NCBI GenBank assembly: GCA_002269645.1
Contig: NIVC01001378.1
Location: 62,001-126,000 of the forward strand
Length of the DNA stretch: 64,000 bases
Direction of reading: 5' to 3'
Source: Macrostomum lignano
Taxonomy: Eukaryota
The position numbers and the translations under genes are program-made. The notes beneath the pieces were generated by a model, which was not told the origin of the DNA, searched no databases, and was given only the letters and a program-made list of their open reading frames with translations. Each line of letters begins with the position of its first letter. Within the stretch, counting starts at the first letter, position 1. Below are positions 1 through 13,340 of the stretch, in pieces.

Positions 1-1161
1 ATAAGTCTCACTAACATCAGGAGCAATAGCGATGATCATTAATTTTTTAACACCAGAGTTGAGAAACTGGCGGCTGCAGGCTAACTTCTTTACTGGCGAT
101 GCTGCAGGCTCAGACTCACCGGTCACAGTCAGCACAACTTTCAGAGAGCCTCCTCCACCATCAATTCCAATCTTGACAAAGCTGTTCTCGATGCCACGCT
201 CGGTGCAAATATGATTTAGCAAACCTTGAAGATCGGAGCAGATCACGGCTGGCCTTGGTCCCGAAACCTCCTGAGTCTGTCCAGATGAACGTATGAATGG
301 CAGCTGAACAAACGTGAAGAAGCTTGTTAGGCAGCGGCCTCTCTTCTGCAGCTCTTCACGAAGGTTAGGCTCGATCACATGCCGGCCTGCACCTAACCTA
401 AGAATTCTGGCCAGCTTTAGAGTCTGCTTGCTGCTTAAACTAAGGCCGACTTTCAAAGCCGAAATTGTTTCGTGGCTTATATATCCTTTCCTAGAAACAC
501 TTGTTATAGGTTCAGCGGCTGAGCTAGAAGCTACCTTGACTCGAAGAGGTTTACCAGCAGTTTGACTTAGTACAATACCACCTGCTGCAGTCTCATTACA
601 CTCCTTGATGACTGAGCTAGCCAGCTGGTGCTTGGTAAGAGGAGATATTTTGTCTCGCAAATTCTTTAATTTGGTTGTTTTATTGCAGCGATGCTCCAGG
701 CCGGGTCCGATCCGTGACATGCAATGCGAGCAGAGTTTTTGAATCGCAGTAGCCTCTGCCACAGCAGGACGACCTCGGCCTGCTGGTGGACCTGTGGCCA
801 AGTATTTGGTGTCTGGCACTGCACTGCTGCTCCTGTGTGAGCTGGCCAAGCTACACAGCTCACAGTTGCAGTCAGGGTTGCCACGAGTTGAAGGCGGCAG
901 AGACTGAAGGTCGGTAACTATCTGGTCATACGCCAGTAGGACTGGAATAGGTCGCGAATCTGGGCAGGACAAAGACGAAAGCTTCCTTCTGCAGCCGTCA
1001 CATATGCCAGATGGAAGATATTGTCTTTCTACCTTGAAGCCTTCGTACACTGTAGATTGAATTAGTTCAATCTGATGCTCCGTCAAAGGGCGATGCGCTC
1101 TTCGAAGACACATGGCACACAGTGCCTGGAGATTTTCTTCGTGGTTTCTTTTCTTTGGCAT
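1..1161 (-). CDS. Chapaev-type (CMC superfamily) DNA transposase, 5' part; runs off window edge
   Basis: Hand translation from ATG at 1161 to position 1 gives 387 codons with no stop: MPKKRNHEENLQALCAMCLRR...LPSGICDGC...DCNCELC...LCSHCMSRIGPGLEHRC...FVKIGIDGGGGSLKVVL...NSGVKKLMIIAIAPDVSETY. The H-x7-C-x2-C...P-x3-C-x2-C...C-x-C-x2-C pattern matches the Chapa zinc-finger domain, and KIGIDGGG is the likely first catalytic Asp motif. The ORF track misses it because no stop lies in the window. Confidence 0.85.
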   Translation of the reverse strand, partial: MPKKRNHEENLQALCAMCLRRAHRPLTEHQIELIQSTVYEGFKVERQYLPSGICDGCRRKLSSLSCPDSRPIPVLLAYDQIVTDLQSLPPSTRGNPDCNCELCSLASSHRSSSAVPDTKYLATGPPAGRGRPAVAEATAIQKLCSHCMSRIGPGLEHRCNKTTKLKNLRDKISPLTKHQLASSVIKECNETAAGGIVLSQTAGKPLRVKVASSSAAEPITSVSRKGYISHETISALKVGLSLSSKQTLKLARILRLGAGRHVIEPNLREELQKRGRCLTSFFTFVQLPFIRSSGQTQEVSGPRPAVICSDLQGLLNHICTERGIENSFVKIGIDGGGGSLKVVLTVTGESEPAASPVKKLACSRQFLNSGVKKLMIIAIAPDVSETY

Positions 1162-1900
1162 TGTAGATGATGATGAGTAAAAACAAGAAAATTGTTTGGA
1201 CAGTTGATCAATTGAAACAAAATATTCTAAAATGCTCTAAATACTCATTTACATCACCATAAATTGAGCAACTGCTCATGATTTAGGTATAAAGGGATCG
1301 ATAAAAAATAATGTGCAAATCGTGTGAGTGTGATCACAAGCAAAATTTTGCCTTTTGCCGTTTAATGGTGGCGGGTTGAATGTACATATTTTTATCGATT
1401 ATACGTCAGGTGATTTTTTTGCATATTTCATGATCGTGGTGGTAAATAGACTTAGAAAACTGTACAATACTTGTTATCTTCTCTAATTTAGAGAATCAAA
1501 CTTATTTATATAGAAGAGGCCAATTCTTTACGCTAAGAATGTACAGCATAGCATCAGTTGTAACATCGCACACTTAACAAAGTTGCCTTGAGTTTTTTGT
1601 TTTGTTTTACCCTACAAAAAGGATGATTAAACATACATGCACTCAATACAAATTGAATTCACAGTGGTGAGAACTGTTTTGGACAAAATACATTCAACTT
1701 ATCGTTGAATGGCAAGTTTTGCTTGTTGGACTGCCTCTTATCTATGGTAAAAACTTAATTATGAGCATATCTTGCGAACCCAATCAGTTAGGATTTCATG
1801 GGAGGTCATTTTAGAATCAGGGGTACAAATTCTATCCCATGAGCAAAAAACCGATTATGGGCAATTTTTTTGCATTTAACTTGAATTCCTCCTACCTGTG
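1..1900 (-). mobile_element. Chapaev-like DNA transposon (left part outside window)
   Basis: Transposase ORF plus a putative 5' terminus CACAGGTAGG at 1900 (minus strand), consistent with 5'-CAC ends. Mariner-like coding remnants begin immediately at about 1901. Confidence 0.6.
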
Positions 1901-2731
1901 CCCAAGCTATCGCAAGAATACGCCAAGCAGATTTAGCAAGTGCAACGCGATGAAAAATCATCTATGCAGTGAACAAAAATCACCATGAATCTCGACATGA
2001 CGCCTGCACCAAGCAGATCCGCAAGGTGTTTAGCAGCCAGGGCTTGAATGACATCCTAAACTGCCTGGTTGCTGAGGATGAAAGCTGGCTCCACCTGGAT
2101 GGCAAGGGCAGCAAGGCAGATAATCGCTGCTGGTTGGGAGCTGGGGACTTCAGGCCGATGGTGACTAGGAAGTCCATCTCGGACAAGAAGACCATGCTGC
2201 TGGTAGCCTTCACGCCAAACAAACGAGTCTCCATCTGCACAACTCCACCGAACATCAAGGTCGATGGCCAGTATTTTATCGACTTTTTCCGGCACACTGG
2301 GGACCTCTGGTGCACTCTCCGGTCAAATCTATGTCACCTGGACGAGGTTCTGTGGCAGCTGGACACCGCACGGCTGCACACCTGAAGGCTGTTTCGAATT
2401 TTCTGCCTGCACGGCAAGTGAATCTGCTCTGACAGTCCCTACAGCCCAGACTTCAACTTTTGCAAGAGATTCCTGTTCAAATGGCTGAAGGCTGACTTTT
2501 CCAAGAAGAGTTTCGCAAACCATGAAGAAGTAAAACAGGCTGCGTTGCACTGGTTATGGCAGTTGGAGGAAAAACACCTGCAGGCTGAGGTGGACAAGCT
2601 GTATGAGCACTGCCAGAGGGTGATTGATATTGGGGGACTCTATGTTGTTGAGTGGTACAGTTTTGTTCATCTGCGATTGCAAGTTCGTCTGTTTTCACAT
2701 CAGTGACATTACTTATGACACACCCGAAGTA
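1901..2731 (+). pseudogene. Decayed, 5'-truncated Tc1/mariner transposase with 3' end
   Basis: Motifs LVAEDESW, KKTMLLVAF and LWQLDTARLHT, then a stop/frameshift, then PYSPDFNFCKRFLF...CQRVIDIGGLYV. Candidate terminus ...GACACACCCGAAG|TA at 2729-2731. Confidence 0.8.
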
Positions 2732-3118
2732 CAGTTGCTGGTAAAAGAGACACAGAGGTTTTTTGCATGCACGGTTTCAACTGCCAATTATTGAGGGTTT
2801 GTTTTGAGAATCTCTATGAAATCTGGTAAGCATAAGCACTATTGTAGTGTGTACGGTGTGCCTTAATTCTTGAGCTTGAACTTGTAATAACTGTCATTAC
2901 CGAAAGGTAAACATGTTATAATTATGAATCGGACATTAAATATGACAAATTAATAAGCACTTTTAAATGAGGAGACGTTTGCTAGAGTGGACGTTGGCGG
3001 AAATCTCTCGATGAATGCTGTGTATGACTATAACGTTCATTAACTAGTTACTGAGGCATCAAACCGTGCAGTGTTTGCTGATGTATTCGATGAGTTTTGC
3101 ATATTGATTGAATTCAGC

Positions 3119-6100
3119 TCAAAATTCGGTCACTCCTGCTCTTGAGACCAGTTCTGACTGTTGATGCGGCTGCTGCTCAGCGTGTGATGCCGAGTTGCCA
3201 TTGCTCAGAGTCTGCCTATTGAACTGCTGCTGAATCTGCTTGAGCTCCTTGACTCTGGCAGCCGAGTCTACTCGCTCCTCGCGAATCAAATCCGATTGTT
3301 GTTGATCTTGATCCTGTTCACTTTCGGCGCCGCCCTCCGTGACTGCCGCAGAGGCAGCTGGCTGCTGCATCATTTTGTCGCGAATTCGTTGAAACTTGGC
3401 GTTGTGCGACAGCTCGTCTGTTCGTGAGAAGATTTGGAAACAATATATCGTCAAATGACATGTTCAATCAAAGTTTAAACTTTGGCCTTCTTATTGTACT
3501 TTCTCGACCTTTCCAGAATGACAGCTCGCAGCGTCCCTTGAGTATAGAGGGAACAGGTTTGTCGGAAAAAGTACGAGTATTAATGGAGAGCGACAACGCT
3601 TAAAACAAGAATTGTGGTTTTTAAACGGTTGTTTTTTGCGTAGCGTCGAATGGGGTTTAGCCATTATAGACAAAATTGGTCTAATAAAATAATATTATTA
3701 ATAATCTAATAAAAGATTACACTAAAGAGATAGGAACAGCTGATATTTTGCTGGAGCTTGACTTGTTTGCCGTTTGAATCAGTTCAACAACATGCCAAGG
3801 ACTAGCTACTCAAGTACAATACATGTAGGACAATATAAAAATTGTCATTGCCTTTGATAGGAGGCAGATCCAGTGTTCATCTTTTAATATGCATTGCCTT
3901 TCTTATACCTCTATTGATATTCATAAAGCTTTTCGATTGGAAAATTATGATTCTGTGGTAATTTTTTATCCTTGCGTACAATCTTAGATCTGTACTGTGT
4001 CTGAATGGATGGCACAGCTAGGCTCATTGGCTTTATGAATCTATTTTTTCATTCTCATCTCAACAATACACATCTTGTTCACAGTAATTAAGCTAAGAAT
4101 GAAAAAAACCAACTAAGTCGAGTTCTGCCATTTTTATGACTCTTAGGAGTAGGAAATGTGCGTAGGATAAATTATAATAATAATAATAATTGATTACTAT
4201 GTGCAGCCGTCAGCTCAGGCGCAGCTATTGCTTCAGCGTCTGAAGGCTGCGTACGGCTGTTCAGTCTAAGGACTGGGGGGGGGGTCGCCACCCAGCCTCA
4301 ATACCCCAGCTAAATCTGGCAACCATTTTACAGCTGGGTGAGCTGAAGCAATGCAGAGTTAAGTGTCTTGCTCAAGGACACAAATTGTTCCAAGTGGGTC
4401 GAGAATCGAACCCCCGACGTTTCAGTCGTGAATTCAATTCTCTAACCACTAGGCTAAAACCCCCTAAAGTAGAGTAGGATAAAAAATTAACATGGAATCC
4501 TAATATCCTGAGCAAAAAGCTTTATGAATATCAATAGAGCTACAAGGCAAACATATCAAAAGATGAACACTGGATCTGCCTCCTATCAAAGGCAATAACA
4601 ATTTTTGTGCTGAAAAATGAAAAATTCTTGTCTCAGTAGTGTATTTTTTGGTAAAACCGGCCTCCAATAACGTTGTTCCAAGAAACGTACTTTCCCGTCC
4701 TTCTAATTGAGCAGTCCTTGCAGCATGCTAACACAACTCTCACCTTGCTTTTCTTTAACTGCATTCCTTTCCAATCGGTAGGTTCTGGGGGCATCCCCGC
4801 CGCCGCCAGTTCCTTGCTGCTGCTGGTGCTGCTGATTGACTCTGGCCTGCTGATTAGCCCGAATTGTGGCTCTGATTGCTTCGAATGGATCCGGAGCCTC
4901 TTGACGCTGCTGCTGCTGACGGTTTCGGCTCATGGTTGAGCTCGACCGACCGCCCAGCTGCTGCTGCGGACTGTTCAGCCGCTGGAAGGCGGGCACCGCG
5001 CCGCCGAAGCGAAGGTCACTGACGCTACTAGATAAACGCGGCAGATTGCGCGGCTGCGTCAGGAACTGCTGCTGCTGCGGCGGCGGCGGCGGGGGCGGCT
5101 GATGCTGCTGTTGTTGTTGATGATGGTTGTTGCTATTGCTGTTGTTGTATGAGACGCCTGGGAGTCTCATTGGAGCGGCCTGTTGGTGTACTCCGGCTGT
5201 GTGTGCGATGTGAAAATGCTTTGTATTATATTGACTGCGTGGAGCCCCTGGCACCCAAAGTGAATGGAGCCCCTGGCACCCAAAGTGAATGGAGCCCTTG
5301 GTACCCCCAAAGTAGAGCCCCTGACGCCCAAAGAAGCCCGGCTACCTGAATCTAACCGCGTCATCAGCGCCACGCATAAAAAGTTTTACACTGAATTTCC
5401 CCATTGAAGGCCTTCCTAGCTAATACGAGTAACAGAAAACTTACCTCTACTCAATTTCTGCTGCACTTCATCTCGGATGCTGCTGTTCTGCATCTCTGAA
5501 CTGTTGCTGAGCCATTGCAGCACGCGGAAGGACTGGTTGCCAGGCGGCTGCTGCTGATTCTGCTGCTGCTGATTCTGCTGCTGCTGCTGATTCTGGCGAC
5601 GCGAGTTGATCTGACCACTCCCGGGTGTGCAACTGAGAGTGACAGACGATGTTGACACTTTCCTCTCTTGCTTTGGTGGAAATTTGAGTTGCTGGTACTG
5701 CTGCTGCTGCGTGCCTGCCTGAGTAGTGTTGTTAGCAAACACTTCGTTGCCGTCGGCAGGTCCACCTCGGCCACCGTCACGGCCAGACGGTCGAGTCCAG
5801 TAGTATTCGTCGTTAGTTGACTGGGCCGTCTGGTCGGCAAAGTAGCGCGTGATGTCGTTCGCGAATCTGTTTGCGCATCGAATTGAGGGAGCAGTTTACA
5901 AATTTGACATCCTTTTGACATTGAAAATTCTTTACATCCTTGATGATGCGTCAACACCTTGCACACAGATTAAAACCGTCAGTGATGTTGTACACATTGA
6001 ATAATGATAGCAACTGCAAAAAGGTTGTAAGCACCCTGGCGCAACGCCCATTAATCGATGCCTCACTAATCGTCAGGCATGTACACGACTCTATGTCTTG

Positions 6101-9100
6101 GGGGTTGGTCATCCTGGATGTGAATCGCAAATGAATGTGGCCTGCCCTTTGCTATACCTTAGCGATGTAAAGCCCTAAACCCAGATGATGTGGCGTCTAC
6201 GAAGTACATCTGCGGTCCTTACCGTCTAGTAGCTTCTTGATGAAAGCTTGTTCGCTCGGGCGTCACCAGCGAAGTAGATCTTTCATAGTAGGGTGGGGCG
6301 ACGTTACGCTGGTTCGAATTAACGGGATAGTACGGTTGCTGCTGCTGCTGGTGCTGGTGCTGTTGCGGAACTGTCTGTTGGTTCCCAACTTCTGAGCTTG
6401 TTGAACGATAGCGTCTGGAAGTGTACGAATATGATGTTAACAATTTAAAAAAACCAGTATCCCCAATTGTACAGTATTGCTTCGACTCTTTTGACTTTCG
6501 ACTTTGAAAATTTGTCTTAAACTTTACCGCAAGAATTTATCATATACGAGCTAGTAACCTCAGAATTTGTCAACTTTTTTACGAACGAATTTATCACATT
6601 ATAACAACAGAATCTGTCATATTTTACCGAACGAATTAACCACATTATACCCCCAGAATCTGTCACATTTTACCGAACGAATTAACCACATCTTATCCTC
6701 AGAATCTGTCACATTTTAACCGAATGAATTAACCACATTATACCCCCAGAATCTGTCACATTTTACCGAACGAATTAACCATATCTTACCCTCAGAATCT
6801 GTCACATTATACCGAAGGAATTAACCATATCTTACCCTCAGAATCTGTCAAATTTTACCGAACGAATTAACCGCATCTTATCCTCAGAATCTGTCACATT
6901 TTACCGAATGAATTAACCACATCATCCCTCAGAATCTGTCACATTTTACCGAACGAATTAACCACATCTTATCCTCAGAATCTGTCACATTTTAACCGAA
7001 TGAATTAACCACATTATACCCCCAGAATCTGTCACATTTTACCGAACGAATTAACCATATCTTACCCTCAGAATCTGTCACATTTTACCGAAGGAGTTAA
7101 CCATATCTTACCCTCAGAATCTGTCAAATTTTACCGAACGAATTAACCACATCTTATCCTCAGAATCTGTCACATTTTACCGAATGAATTAACCACATCA
7201 TCCCTCAGAATCTGTCACATTTTACCGAACGAATTAACCACATCTTATCCTCAGAATCTGTCACATTTTACCGAATGAATTAACCACATCATCCCTCAGA
7301 ATCTGTCACATTTTACCGAAAGAATTAACCATATCTTACCCTCAGAATCTGTCACATTTTACCGAAGGAATTAACCATGTCTTACCCTCAGAATCCGTCA
7401 CATTTTACCGAAGGAATTAACCATGTCTTACCCTCAGAATCTGTCACATTTTACCGAAGGAATTAACCATATCTTACCCTCAGAATCTGTCACATTTTAC
7501 CGAAGGAATTAACCATATCTTACCCTCAGAATCTGTCACATTTTACCGAAGGAATTAACCATATCTTACCCTCAGAATCTGTCACATTTTACCGAAGGAA
7601 TTAACCATGTCTTACCCTCAGAATCCGTCACATTCTACCCAACAAATTAACCAACCATATCATACCCTCAGAATCTGTCACATTTTACCGAATGAACTAA
7701 CAATATCTTATCCTCAGAATCTGTCACATTTTACCGAATGAATTAACCATATCTTACCCTCAATCCGTCACCTTTTACCGAAGGAATTAACCATATCTTA
7801 CCCTCAGAATCCGTCACATTTTACCCAACAAATTAACCACATCATACCCTCAGAATCTGTCACGTATTTTAACGATCATACCACTAGAATTTTAAACTTA
7901 TTTGTTGGAACACTAACTTTGCTCGGCAATAACTTGTTTAGTTTATTTGCTAGACCGAAAGTTTATAGTAAACAAGTTGGAGAATAATAAATACTGCATT
8001 TATTTTATTCCCACTGCCTTGTATTGTACTTTTACACAATTTAGTTTGTCGGGAACAGATTTACATCAATGCCCTTGGTCTGATCAGTTCATCTACTGGC
8101 GTGTGTGGTAACAGAATATGTGCACTGTCTAGAACTGAAGCAGCCCGTGACATTTTGGTCGTCCTGGCAGCTAGCTACATTCAGTGTAATTTTTACCTCC
8201 ATCCGGGCATATAGCCATGCAGGCTTTAGGATTAAACAAATCCTGGTAGGAAACCCACAGCGTCTAAAGTTTTCGTTTCCAGTAGATCCAGTAGACGCCT
8301 GGATTAGGCGTCCATGGTCCAGAAAAGCAATATGCTGATTCAGACAGGTCTCTGATATCTTTATTTTTGTCGGACTTCCAAATCGCTTCGTCCTGATAGT
8401 TTTATCTCTGGTCTGTCTGTCTGCCTGTCTGTCTGCCTGTCTTTATCTATTCACCGCTCTCTAGCATTCCAAACCCAACGTTTCACTTCTGCAATGCACT
8501 TATGCACTTATTTCTGAAACGTGCAACCCATCTGTAGCCCCCCTCCATGTCTCCCTGAACCTGCGCATTCGTTCATCAGCATGCCGCAGTTTAATACGAG
8601 TAGGGGAGAGAAGTCTGCGTTGTTTCAACCAGGACAGAGAGGCTTCTTTGATAACGCAACGAATTACTGTTTTATAGGGTAGGAATAATCCATTACTTTT
8701 CCCCATTCGATTCTGCAAATTTTTGTAGCACCTATAATTTTGGTAATAAAGGTAGAATAAACAGCTTTTTACGTGGGTAGTTCTGTCTCGCTTCCTATGA
8801 TGCAGCGGTTGTTGTTTAGGTTTCAGAATTCTTTTATTGTCATTAATACTCTAAAGCAGAACCCCCGTATCGCATTAAAACATTCCAGACTGCAATTGAA
8901 ATGACATTCTACTGTAAGTAGTACTGAGCTACTAGTGGAGACATCAATTTTTTAGCCGCGTCCAAACAGATTTGGTTTTTCAATGTTAAAAGAATTGTTT
9001 TCGAACAGTTTTAAACAAAAAAATCCGGAAAAATATGTGTTAAAGGTCCGTCTAAACCAAGGGCCAGATAAAGAATCTAGATCGTTGCTGCGGGCCAGAT

Positions 9101-10474
9101 GAGAGTGGGAAGGAGAGGGAATGGGAGAGAGAAAATAAGAAAGATGAAGATAAGAGATAACAGAAGAGAGGAGAGGTGAGAGGCCAGATGAGAGATGCGA
9201 TGAGGGAGAAGATAAGAGAGAGAAGAAATGAAAGGAGAGAAGAAAGGAGCATAAAAAAGAAATAAGATAAGAGGAGAGAGGAGATAAGAGGAGAAAAGAA
9301 AAGAGAGATGATAAGAAAGAGTGAGGAGATGAGAGGAGGGAGGAGAGATGTGAGAGAGAGAGGAGAGAGAAAGAGAGGAGATGAGAGGAGAGAGCAGAGG
9401 AGAGAAGAAAGAAGAAAATAGAAGAGAGCTGAGAAGAGACAAACCTTGAGAGCGCCGGATTGCTATTGTGAAGTTTTAATGGACCCGAGGGCCGGATACG
9501 TTCGTAGAGAGGCTTCGCAGGCCGCAAGGCTTCGACCCCTGGTCTAAAATATCGGGTATTTTGATTCCTCTGCAATGAATTTAAACACCGAATATGGATC
9601 TTCTCGAGGAAAGCAAGACTTTAATATTTCCTTTGCTTAACTCATGAAAATGTTTCTACAAAAAATTATTATCGTTAACAGATTCGAACCAATGACTAGC
9701 AATGACAGCTACTCAGACTCACGGCCTCGACCGGCGTCTTCGCATGAAAGCGTCCTGCAATTCCCTTTCCAATTGTTGGTTGTCCGCCGTATAACTGAAC
9801 GGCTTTTTGTCCTGCGGTCCGCCCTGATAGCATAGGTTCAGCAGCTTGTCCGGTACATGCTGCTGTTGCGGTTGAGGCTGCTGGTTGAACAAATTGTACT
9901 GACTGCCACCAGTTCTGAATGAGTGCGGCAGCGTCGCCGCACTGCAACTGCGTCGCAAGTTAGACAGCGGGTCCGGCGGATCCCACGCGTTGTTGGCCAT
10001 AAACTGCTGCTGCTGCTGCGGCTGCTGCAACTGTCTGACGTAGCTGTGGTAGCCGGCCGACCGAGCCACACTGGACGCGTTGCGTCTTCGAACCGCTTGG
10101 CCGAGCTGGTTCTGCTGCGACATTGCCGGCGATTCGTCCGTTGACGACTGGGAAATCCCAACCATGGGACTCAACCGAGCTTCTTGACTGTTCACCCGAC
10201 GGAATGCTGGTTGGGCCGTGGACCAGGCCGTCATTGGCGCTGGGTTGTGCGTCTGCAGCAAGTTGACAACGCTGGACGACGGGCTGAGACAATCGTCGGC
10301 TAGCAGACTCTGAAATTGATTTTGTTGTTGCTGTTGATGGAGCTGCTGCTCGCGCTGTTGCTGGAACTGATAGCGCAACTGCTGGTGCGGCTGCATGAGC
10401 TGGCAGTGCAGCAGAGACAGCTGACGCCTAGTCCGTCCTGGTGAGCCCGAGTATTCCGACTGGCAGCTGCGCAT
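3119..10474 (-). CDS. Gln-rich, largely low-complexity protein, ~705 aa, 5 coding exons, function unknown
   Basis: Exons 9723-10474, 6223-6414, 5445-5866, 4744-5196 and 3119-3417. All have GT-AG junctions with matching phases (2,2,1,1) and total 2118 nt. The 5196 acceptor is the least certain, and further upstream exons are possible. Confidence 0.7.
3796..4720. mobile_element. P-like non-autonomous foldback element (copy 1), left TIR partly deleted, contains a SINE
   Basis: CAAGG...CCTTG termini, near-TSD CAACATGC/CAGCATGC, and long inverted arms homologous to 45056-45764. Confidence 0.7.
4172..4473 (-). mobile_element. tRNA-headed SINE with CORE-like central domain and (ATT)n tail
   Basis: Minus strand reads TAGCCTAGTGGTTAGAG...GGGTTCGATTC (A/B-box like), then TGTGTCCTTGAGCAAGACACTTAAC...CTGTAAAATGG, then an ATT tail. 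10-bp TSD GTAGGATAAA at 4162-4171 and 4474-4483. Confidence 0.8.
5241..5340. repeat. 25-bp intronic tandem repeat
   Basis: GGAGCCCCTGGCACCCAAAGTGAAT x2 plus degenerate copies. Confidence 0.8.
6600..7865. repeat. 46-bp minisatellite (intronic)
   Basis: Unit TCAGAATCTGTCACATTTTACCGAAGGAATTAACCATATCTTACCC, many variant copies. Confidence 0.95.
9100..9440. repeat. GA-rich polypurine low-complexity tract
   Basis: Almost only G/A on the plus strand; it produces spurious Leu/Ser ORFs. Confidence 0.9.
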
Positions 10475-12294
10475 TTTGTCTCAATTGCACGCCTTTAGAT
10501 TTTCTCAATAATATTGATTTGCTATATGAAAGTAGGAAGTTTTGGCGAAGATCAAACGCTATATAGTCGAGCTCGGAGACCCAAGACCAGAAGTGATACA
10601 GCAGCCAGATGCGTAAAAATAGAATTCACCCACTCCGTTCTGTCCTTTCACCTCGGCTCTTCTGTCTATCTCTCTACCAGCAATTGAATCCTTCATCCAA
10701 TCCACCTCCCTCCAGAAAGAGCGCGTCCTTCACCAATGCCCCTTTAGATACGTTCCTCTTTTCTCCTAAATTTCCTTCCCACGTGATGCTTGGGAAGTCG
10801 GGGCATTGCTGTGTCACTGGTAAGACAGTGCGCCAGGCGTATTACTCGTAACCTGCGTCGCGCGCGATTGGAGCCGTTGTGGATTGGGACTTCGGAGCAA
10901 GCGACGGAACTGCAGAGTGTATTTTGGAATTAGTCCTAGCTGGGAGGGGAATTGCTGCGGCGTTTATGATGATGCGAATCCGCTACGTGCATTCTCTCTC
11001 TGTCTCTCCCTCTATACGCAGTAGCTCTCGGAAACCTGCGCTAAATCTAGGCTCTAGCTACAGTTGTTGAAATCCCAAAGGTAGCTTAGCTTAGTGCTTC
11101 AAAATGTCTTCCTATTCACTAAACGGAATATTCTGGCTCCCTTAACGGTACCTTCGCAACATCCAAGCCGTGCCAACTGCCCAGAAACACCATTTCGAAT
11201 CGAAAATTGCCACACTGCATGCACTCTGGAATTCGAAACACAAGCACCACTATAGTCTCTGCTTGGTGGGTCATAACTTAAGCAGTGCGCGATGCGACAA
11301 ACTGAACACAACCGTACAGGGGTAGCAGCTGTTGTAGCTTGTCGGTGATGGCTTAAGAAACATTCACCAGGTCATGTCACCAAGTGCATGACTTAGCGCT
11401 CGTTCCAATGATCTCTATATAACTCATATCTACTTTTATCTCTATATTTTCCTTTGTTTATATAACAGCTCGATGAAATGCCACCGCAAGTTCAACGCAA
11501 TTACAGGACGTTCAGTGATCAAACCTTGCGCTACAGTCTTTAAAATGTTCAATAAGGCTCTCTGTATAGAATTCAGAAACCAACTCACCGTGTTTCTCGA
11601 GTGCCTCGGAGAAGCGGACAGCATAGAGTGCAGATCGTTAGAAGACAGTTCACTGCTGAAGCCGCTTCTAGAAACGGGTGATAAAAGTACAAAGTGCAGA
11701 TTAATTCAGGTAGAGGGCTCGCTGAGAGGGGTGCAACACAAAGTATTTATTCGACTATGACAATGATAAATGATCTCATAAATAAAAATGTACCAAGATC
11801 CACTCCAGTTCTATTTAGATCTCGCTAACAACACGTCGGTGTTCGAAAGAGAATTCCTTTAAGGTTCCAAGGTGCAAAAGGGAAATCTTTATATATGTAT
11901 GGGCCGAGTGGCTGAACACTCTGTGTGCCAACAACGTAGCTGACCGTTAGACCCCCTGAGCCTTCAGTGTCGGTTCTGAACGTCGGAAGTAGACTGATAG
12001 TGTGTAATCTGCGTGCACTGGCGTTCTGACAGTCCCGTGGCCTGCAGCGCTCTCGATAAAATGAATCGGTCCGTCAGGCTGTCTGTCTGGGCGCAAGCGG
12101 GAGGTCTTAAAAGCCTTGGCCGAGCTAATTAAGGAGGAACGAGAATCTACCAAAGCCTGCTAGCTAGAGTCAAAGATGCGCTTCAGTGGCTCCAGAAATG
12201 CATTTGTAGCTTCTGTGCTGGAGCTGCACAGGTACCGAACTGTTTATGTATATCTATCCGTGTGTATCTGTGTATCTATTGGTGCAACTATGTG

Positions 12295-12558
<264 letters not shown>

Positions 12559-13129
12559 ACTAAAGCGTTTCCATAAACGCCTGTAAGACGTCTACGAGAT
12601 TCGGATGCATGAAACCTTTCCCGGTGCAGTGAGCGAGTCAGACTAGAAATTTTTTTTCTTTCTCCACCCTTGCAAACCTGCCCCCCCCCACCACAGCTTT
12701 CTATTCTGACGTGTTCTGCTTTAGATTTCCCCTGTCTTCTGCTTGCATACATGCTGCTGCAGTTGCCAGGCTAATTACAAAAATGCAAAAATGCAAAATT
12801 CGGTAATAGTGTTCGTAAAGCTCGGTAGAAACGCTAAACGCCAGAAGCCAGTCATGAAAAAAGCAACACAACGTTTCAACTTGTTGCGGCGGATTTGCAG
12901 CGCAAGACAAAAATCGGTTCTGTACGCTCGTACAACCAAATTCTTTGCATCTCGATGCTGCTGGCTGATAACGCTGTTTCTTTAGATGTAAGCAAATTTC
13001 AGCAGGATTTGGTGTAGCTGTTTTTTCGATTAATAATAATTTATTTTTATAGTCTAGCGCTACTTGGATCAAAATGAAAACAGAATAAATAATAGGTATT
13101 CACAGTATTGAGCTTGATTAATTGTTAGA

Positions 13130-13340
13130 AAGCATGACCCATTGTCAGGAAGCATGACCCACTATCAGGAAGCATGACCCATCTACTTCTATCTATCTAT
13201 CATGGTCATTCAGACCATGACCCATCTACTTCAGAGCATGACCCATCTACTTCAGAGCATGACCCATCTACTTCAGAGCATGACCCATCTACCTCAGGGC
13301 ATGACCCATCTACTTCAGACCTATGACCTATTGCCTATGA
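13130..13340. repeat. 21-bp minisatellite
   Basis: Unit AGCATGACCCATCTACTTCAG. Confidence 0.9.

Noticed and set aside
1660-1666. CACAGTG, identical to the RAG RSS heptamer, upstream of the transposase
   Set aside because: No nonamer at 12/23 spacing was seen, a 7-mer is expected by chance, and 1900 is the better-supported terminus.
8952-9575. Leu/Ser-rich ORFs that look like membrane proteins
   Set aside because: Artefacts of the GA-rich low-complexity tract.
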